Source: Octopus sinensis
Lineage: Eukaryota
Assembly (NCBI RefSeq): GCF_006345805.1
Contig: NC_043015.1
Location: 36,766,001-36,830,000, forward strand
Length of the DNA stretch: 64,000 bases
Direction: 5' to 3'
The position numbers and the translations under genes were made by a program. Shown here one piece after another: positions 56,930 through 64,000 of this stretch (position 1 is its first letter; each line of letters begins with the position of its first letter). The notes beneath the pieces were generated by a model, which made no database searches, was not told the origin of the DNA, and was given only the letters and a program-made list of their open reading frames with translations.

Positions 56930-56989
<60 letters not shown>

Positions 56990-57745
56990 GTTGTTGTTGT
57001 TGTTGTTGTTCTTGTTGTTCTGCTGTTGTTGTTGTTGTTGTTGTTCTGTTGCTATTCTCGCCACCAATATCACCCTCATCCCCATCACCATTTTTACCAT
57101 ACCCATGCTCTTCATCATTTTTAACATTTCCGTGCATATTAAAGCATTTTCGTTGTTAAAACATTATTATTATAAACAGCAGCAACAACGACAACAACAA
57201 CAATAGCAACAACAACAAAAACAGCAACAACAACAATAATAATAATAATAATTATTATTATTATAGAAATAATGATGCACTTATGTCAGTCGATGGTAGT
57301 ACAAGATGGCGGTGTGGGGGCGCAAATCGATGAACGTCGATGTTGTTACAGAAAATCTACCGTTATTTAAAGTTCAAGAAACATAAAATCTGTTTTAAAA
57401 CCGACAACGGACATGCCAAGTCCTTAGAACGGCATTAAAAGTACAACTGTACTTGTAGAGAATTCTTAGAAGCCAGAGTGATTGAAATGCCGTGTGCGGT
57501 TGTTGTTGTTGTTGTTGTTGTATTCCTAATACGTCTGACTCAGATTATCGTAGCCACCTACGCCAACACCACCGCCACCCCCACCACCGCTTACGCCACC
57601 ACCATCGCCATCGCCACCACCACTGCCAACACTACCTACAACAACAATGCTGGACGGAACAACAACAACAACAAAAACCGGAACATCTCAACATGGAACA
57701 CCGCCCACACCGACAGCACCAATACCACTGTCACTACTATCAACG

Positions 57746-57779
<34 letters not shown>

Positions 57780-57789
57780 ACTACTACTA

Positions 57790-57835
<46 letters not shown>

Positions 57836-58356
57836 TTACCACTATTACTACTACTACTATAATATTTGCTATGACACGTAAGGAAGAAGACAATGGCAAA
57901 TTATGAGGGTGGTGTTGATATTTCTGCTGCAGCAACTGTTCATGATGATGATGATGATGATGATGATGATGGTGATGATGAGATGATGATGATGATAATG
58001 ATGATGATGGTGACGACGATAATGATGATGATGATGATGATGATGATGATGGTGATGATGGTGATGATGATGATGATGATGACGACGACGGGGAAGTGGA
58101 TGACAATTAAAACGATTACGACGATGACGAAGACGACGACGAGCCCGACGTGATGAGGATGATGGTGGTGGTAATGGTAATATCGAATAATTTTAAGGAA
58201 GAGAAAGAAAAGAATGAGAAAGAGGTAATCTAATGCTGGTAGTAGTAGCCGCCGCAGCATAAAACGTAGACGATGGCGGGGAAGGGCCATGACGACGACG
58301 ACGACGACGACGACGAAGAAGAAGAAGAAGAAGAAGAAGAAGAAGAAGAAGAAGAA

Positions 58357-58418
<62 letters not shown>

Positions 58419-58460
58419 AGAAGAACGACACGGATGATGATGATGATGATGATGATGAGA
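56900..58460. repeat. Mosaic of trinucleotide repeats (ATT, GTT, CAA, CTA, GAT, GAC, GAA)
   Basis: Direct reading. The homopolymeric ORFs here are artefacts. Confidence 0.9.
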
Positions 58461-60323
58461 ATGAGAGTAACTGCAAAAGTAATTGGAGGAGAATAATTGC
58501 AGAAGATACATTAGTCGAAGAAATAAGGAAATGTATCTGGACAACGCCTCAAACCGTTCTGCAAATCGACCAAATGAGCGCCAAACTAATTTTTCACCTT
58601 CATAAAGGACGACCATGATGATAGAGTCCCCTGATGAAATATAGTGCAAACACACTGTGATGGGCAAGATCGGAATACTGCATTTCTTCCCCTATCTTTT
58701 CCAAATTTGATGCAGTATTGAAGCATTTCAAGAATGCCAACATTCACATAATTGTGTGCATCTTTCTGACCAGTTCTGCAACACCTACGAGTTATGCGAA
58801 AGAAAGACACAAGCTGAGGAGAATTAAGTTTATGTCTGCGATGTTCCAGGATTTAGAACATAGAAACTACTTCGTTAACCATCTAAAATATACTGAGTAC
58901 TTAGCTTCGTATATAAATCAGTGTCAATGTATAAGAACAATTATTTCTACCTCACAAATTAGGTTAAACATCGGAAACGCAATCAAAGAATATTTGACCT
59001 ATTTAATGGAGGTCGGATCAAACATCTCATTTGACAATTTTTTCTGGTCAAGAATAGTCAAGAAGCAATTTGATATAATGATTTAATTTATTCATCTATG
59101 CAATCTTTTAGTACCTTCTGTGTGCATTATTTTTTAGATTCCTAGTTCTTTTTCCTGCACATCATTGCAAAAGTTAATATGCTGAAAAGAAGATTCGCTT
59201 AGAATATTCAAACATTCTCAATTTTGTCGGCCTTCTTTGGTAATTTTTTTCCATACTTCATGCTTCATACTTCAGATTTTTAGTGATGTTGCTAGGCTCA
59301 GCAGATGAAATACTGTAGCGCTTAACTAATGCAGTTCATGTGTATGGCGTCCGTAGAATTTAACATCTTTTAACAAAATATGAACAATGAGCACAAGATT
59401 GGATGTCCATTTCTTGCAGACCGAATGTGTCTTCGAACCCTCGAAATCTCTTTTTTGTAATAAAGTACTGGAACTATGTGTTGCACATGCATCATAGCAA
59501 CACATTCAAGTGAGATGTGATAAAAAGATCCAATTGAATTCAAGAGAAACCTTTCTGTCCTGTAAGTTTGCTGGCATCCACTGCATTCAATAAATTTAGC
59601 TTGCAGTTCATTGATATTGCAAACATCCAGCCCAGATGGGATGCAGCTCTGTAATGGTAAGAATTTCGTGGATTAAATCTTATAATATTGAAAAAATGGT
59701 AAAAAATCTCGAGAAGAATAAAACTGCACACACTCTGTCTTATAATTATCTGGGACAAATACTGTGATTTCTTTGAATCTAGTCTGCAAATCAGAAATTA
59801 ATCAATCTTCCTTAATAACATTGCAAGAGATACTGACGACTGAAACCATGACAAATCAGCCGTTAGTGATGGCCACCATTTATACGGAAATATTATCAAG
59901 CAATTCTTATTTTGACCACTTTTATGCACACAATCACACACACATATGTCCATCGCCTTCTTTGTATCTTTAATGTGTCATGTCATTCATTCTTCATTTG
60001 CCATCTTTCAGTTTATGTTCTATTACAATATTCTTTTTTATCATCCTCCTTATGCTAATCAGTTGATCTCTACCAATTGTCCTTTCACCGCTCTTATGTT
60101 TTTCCCTATTCGTTTCACTCAGACGCTTCCAAATAATTCTCATATTTCCAGTTTTCACATTTTTCCCCATTTCTCTAGGTTTCATCATTCTTACTTTTCT
60201 TAAGCATTCATTCTTTCCATTTTCCATATCTTATTTCAATGAATAATTTCTTCTTCTTCTTCTTCTTCTCTTCTTCTTCTTCTTCTTCTTCTTCTTCTTC
60301 TTCTTCTTCTGTCTCTCTCTTCT

Positions 60324-60358
<35 letters not shown>

Positions 60359-60402
60359 TTCTTTCTCTTTCTCTCTTCTTCCTTTCTTCTTTTCTTTCTT
60401 CT

Positions 60403-60502
60403 NNNNNNNNNNNNNNNNNNNNNNNNNNNNNNNNNNNNNNNNNNNNNNNNNNNNNNNNNNNNNNNNNNNNNNNNNNNNNNNNNNNNNNNNNNNNNNNNNN
60501 NN
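60403..60502. other. Assembly gap (100 N)
   Basis: Run of exactly 100 N next to a (TTC)n tract. Confidence 1.
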
Positions 60503-60751
60503 AATGGCGCACAATCACTCGTCATCATTCACATGGTTAGCACAAAAATATCAACGAATTGTAATGAATAAGGAATTCTGTAGTTGCAAGGCTTACATAA
60601 TTGAATAATAAAAGTAATAATTGAAATAATTTATAGACACACATGCTTACACGCGCACACGTGTTGTATATGTTTGTATGTAGGTACGTATGTATGTATG
60701 TATGTAGATAGGTATATATGTGTGTGCATACATACACATAACCACACACAC

Positions 60752-60796
<45 letters not shown>

Positions 60797-60954
60797 AAGT
60801 TCAGCAAAATTTAGATTCATATTTTGATCAATATATATATATATATTATATGATGATCAAAAATATTACCCTGAATCTAAATTTTGCATTTACATACATA
60901 CATACATATATACATACATACATACATACATACATACATACATACATACATACA

Positions 60955-60988
<34 letters not shown>

Positions 60989-62296
60989 AACACATACATA
61001 CTTGTATTCAATCATGCATATACTCATATATAGGATTACAAAGACAAAAGCTGAAACGCAAACACATACGTTGAAGTTTAGCAATGCAAGCCCACACCGA
61101 CACCACCACTACCATCACAATCGATGGCATGAATATGAATTCTCACACAGAGAGACACTTCTCAGATGCATGCATATTACACGAGATTGCACAGAGGAAC
61201 AAAAAAAAACGAGGCATAGTGTCACACATGTTCACATTATAATTAAATACTTAGAAACTGAGAAGCAATAAGAAGAGGAAAAGAAAAAGATAATTGCATT
61301 GAAAGACTAACAAAGGTGTATTCATTAATTAACTAATTAGTTCATTATTAATTAAAAAAGAATTAGTAGGAAATTGAAGGAAGGAAATAGGAAGAAATAT
61401 ATAAGATCCATGCAGTGGGGAAGAGGAGGAAGATGTGAAAAGGTTTATGTCTAATCTTGTTGGTATTCTCGAACGCGAATTGGAAGTTGCGACCCCGTTC
61501 CTTCAGGATCAAGCCCACTCAGCGGTACCGTAAGTCAAGTGCCTAATGGGCCAACTAATGGCTTGTGCGTGGATTTGGTAGACAAATGTTGTGTGGAAGT
61601 TCGCCCTGCTGGCAACGGTTTTCCGTCCTGTAAACGGAAATACTCATCTTTCTCTGCTGTTTTTCACAGCTCTACTACGTTTGAAATTTACTCTCTCTCT
61701 TCCTCTCTACCTCTCCCTCTCTTTCTCTTTCCCTCTCTCTTAACCTTCTCTCTCCCTCTCTCTCACCCTCTCTCTCTCATCCCTCTCTCTCTCTCCCTAT
61801 AGATATAGAGAGAGTAATTAAAAAATACAATTGAATGAATGAAACAAGCGAAAAAGATAAATGGGAAATATGTTAAAGACAAGATATGAATGAAAGAATA
61901 ATCTTTGAGTCTACTTGGAGACGTAAACGGTGTTGCAGGATAAATATCCCCCCTGATAATTTGTCCAATATCTACAGAATGATGCCTAATAAATACTGTG
62001 ATAAATGAATAACAGAATATGGTGTACAATGAAGTCTGACACTGACTCATAATCAGCGTCAATATTTACTGAGGGTAAAATTAGCATCATAATAAATGGC
62101 AAATATTGGTGTTGTGAGAGGTGGGGATATATCCAATTATACACGGGCACACGCACACACACACACATACACACACATACACACGCGCACGCACACGCAG
62201 ATAAAATACATACTTATATGAAGATATGTGTGTGTCTCCCACTTCTGTATCTATATATATAATAATATATATTACATATATATAGATATAGATATC

Positions 62297-62328
<32 letters not shown>

Positions 62329-62397
62329 TATACATATATATACATCTATATATTATATATGTACATATATATATATATATGCATATATATATAATAA

Positions 62398-62433
<36 letters not shown>

Positions 62434-62699
62434 GTATATATATGTATAGATATAAATACATATATATATATATATATAGACGTAGTCTGTACATAAGTAA
62501 ACGCAACTAGGTAAATAACACACGAGCGACAGAGGAATTCAGAGGTGAGAAATGGTAAAGGTGATTTGCAATCGAGGTGAAAAGCAAAAATAAATTAATA
62601 AATAACACCAAACAATTATGAAATATTGTAACCACGATAAAACATTGCAGAAAACATATTGTCGGATAGTAATAAATATAAAAGTCAACATAACTGGCA

Positions 62700-64000
62700 G
62701 AATGGACTTCTGAATCCTCAGAACGTTCTGGTCCAGAGGACATGATGTTACCATCCTCCTGTTTCGTTCTTTGGTAAGGCCATAGTTGGAATAAGTCTAC
62801 CCTCCTGTGGCCTTCCTACAACAGACAAAACGTTACAAGGATTGCGTCACCCACTTATGGATATACTATCTTTTGGAGAGGCCTACCTAAAGGGTCAGCG
62901 TAGAGAATCTGGCGTTGGGTATGCTCTCAAGAATACATTAGTATCCTCCATTGCAGAACTTCCAAGTGGTATACCTGAATGGATCATGTCATGCCGTATT
63001 AAACTGATAATATCTAGTTTTCTTACCGTTGTCAGTATTTATGCACCAACAATGTCCCATTCTGATGAAACTGTAGAAACAGTTTCATGATGATCTAGCA
63101 CAATTATTGAGGAAAGTACCAATTTCTGACAAGCTGGTCATATTGGGAAATTTCAATGCAAGAGTTGTAATGGACTACGTTTCATGGCCTGTTTTAGGTC
63201 GACATGGGAGTGGAAATTGCAATATAAATGGAGTAGCTCTTTTGAAGTTTTGTACTGAGAATAATCTGGTTGTCATCAATACTGTGTTTAAACCACCTGG
63301 AATTTATAAAACCACTTGGATTCTTCATCCTAGATCTAAGCACTGGCATCTCATAGATTATATTCAGATCAGAAAACGTGACATGAAAGACGTTTCTAGC
63401 GTTCGGGCCATGAGAGGAGCAGAGAATTGGAATGAACACCCTTCTAGTGCGTGCAAAAGTAAATTTTTCGATAATGCCTAAAAATCGACTGTCTGGACCT
63501 AGGGTACCCCATATAAAAAAAAACAAAAAAAAAACGATTCCACGATTCTGTGGGAAGTTTTCAAACAAAGGTATTTCAGTCTGCAAGTTTTTCAGTGGGA
63601 TTTAAATCATATACGTCCATTGACTGGTTCTCAGATCAGCAGAAATTCATGATCTACTTTTAGAAAAACAAATCTTAGTCAAAGCACTTTTTCTCAGTCT
63701 TTGAACCCAAACTCAAACGAAGCATACAGAAAGTTGATAGGGCAAATGCAGACTGCTCTAAGAAAAATTAAGCAAGAATGGCGGAATGATATAGAGAAAT
63801 GGGAAAACAAGCAGCTGATAGAAATAATGCCAAGGGTTTGTACTCTGATGTTAAGGAGGTATATGGCCCCAAATCTTCAATAGCTCCAGTGAGAACTGAA
63901 AATGGACGTTTGTTTCTGACTGACACCGCTTCTATTCATATGCGCTGGGTAGAATGTTTTTCTGCACTTTTGATTAGACTATCATCTACTAACATGAGGA
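62700..64000 (+). pseudogene. RTE-clade LINE: APE endonuclease domain and downstream ORF2 remnant (runs off the window)
   Basis: GQRRESGVGYALK...LTVVSIYAPTM; DKLVILGNFNARV...LGRHGSGNCNINGVALLKFCTENNLVVINTVF...TTW...HPRSKHWHLIDYI; VKEVYGPKSS...RWVECF. Multiple stops and frameshifts; the 5' boundary is approximate. Confidence 0.9.

Noticed and set aside
57295-57320. YY1-like CAAGATGGCGG motif (similar at about 29484)
   Set aside because: A short motif expected by chance, with no associated gene start.

Overview
AT-rich eukaryotic non-coding DNA, most likely intronic or intergenic sequence from an Octopus/coleoid cephalopod genome. The taxon is inferred from the tRNA-headed SINE families and the extreme microsatellite load; no search was run. 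No complete host gene is recognisable, and most ORFs in the track are translations of microsatellites. The window contains many copies of about five SINE-like families and decayed Tc1/mariner elements: a near-full-length mariner, a long-TIR derivative, a DD37D/maT fragment and MITEs. It also holds LINE remnants (RTE, CR1/L2-like, REL-endonuclease R4-like), a non-autonomous Helitron, Penelope-like (PLE) RT and GIY-YIG-region fragments, and one 100-N gap. The most striking signal is a set of foldback or tandem non-coding elements (15.9, 16.6, 43.7-44.9 and 52.1-53.1 kb). They belong to three unrelated sequence families, yet each folds by eye into a type I hammerhead-ribozyme-like motif: CUGAUGA or CCGAUGA, then GAAA, a palindromic stem III and a GUA/GUC site. 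Several of them sit in (TA)n tracts. Three islands are weak host-exon or unknown-ORF candidates (8.6-8.9, 25.5 and 58.5-59.7 kb).
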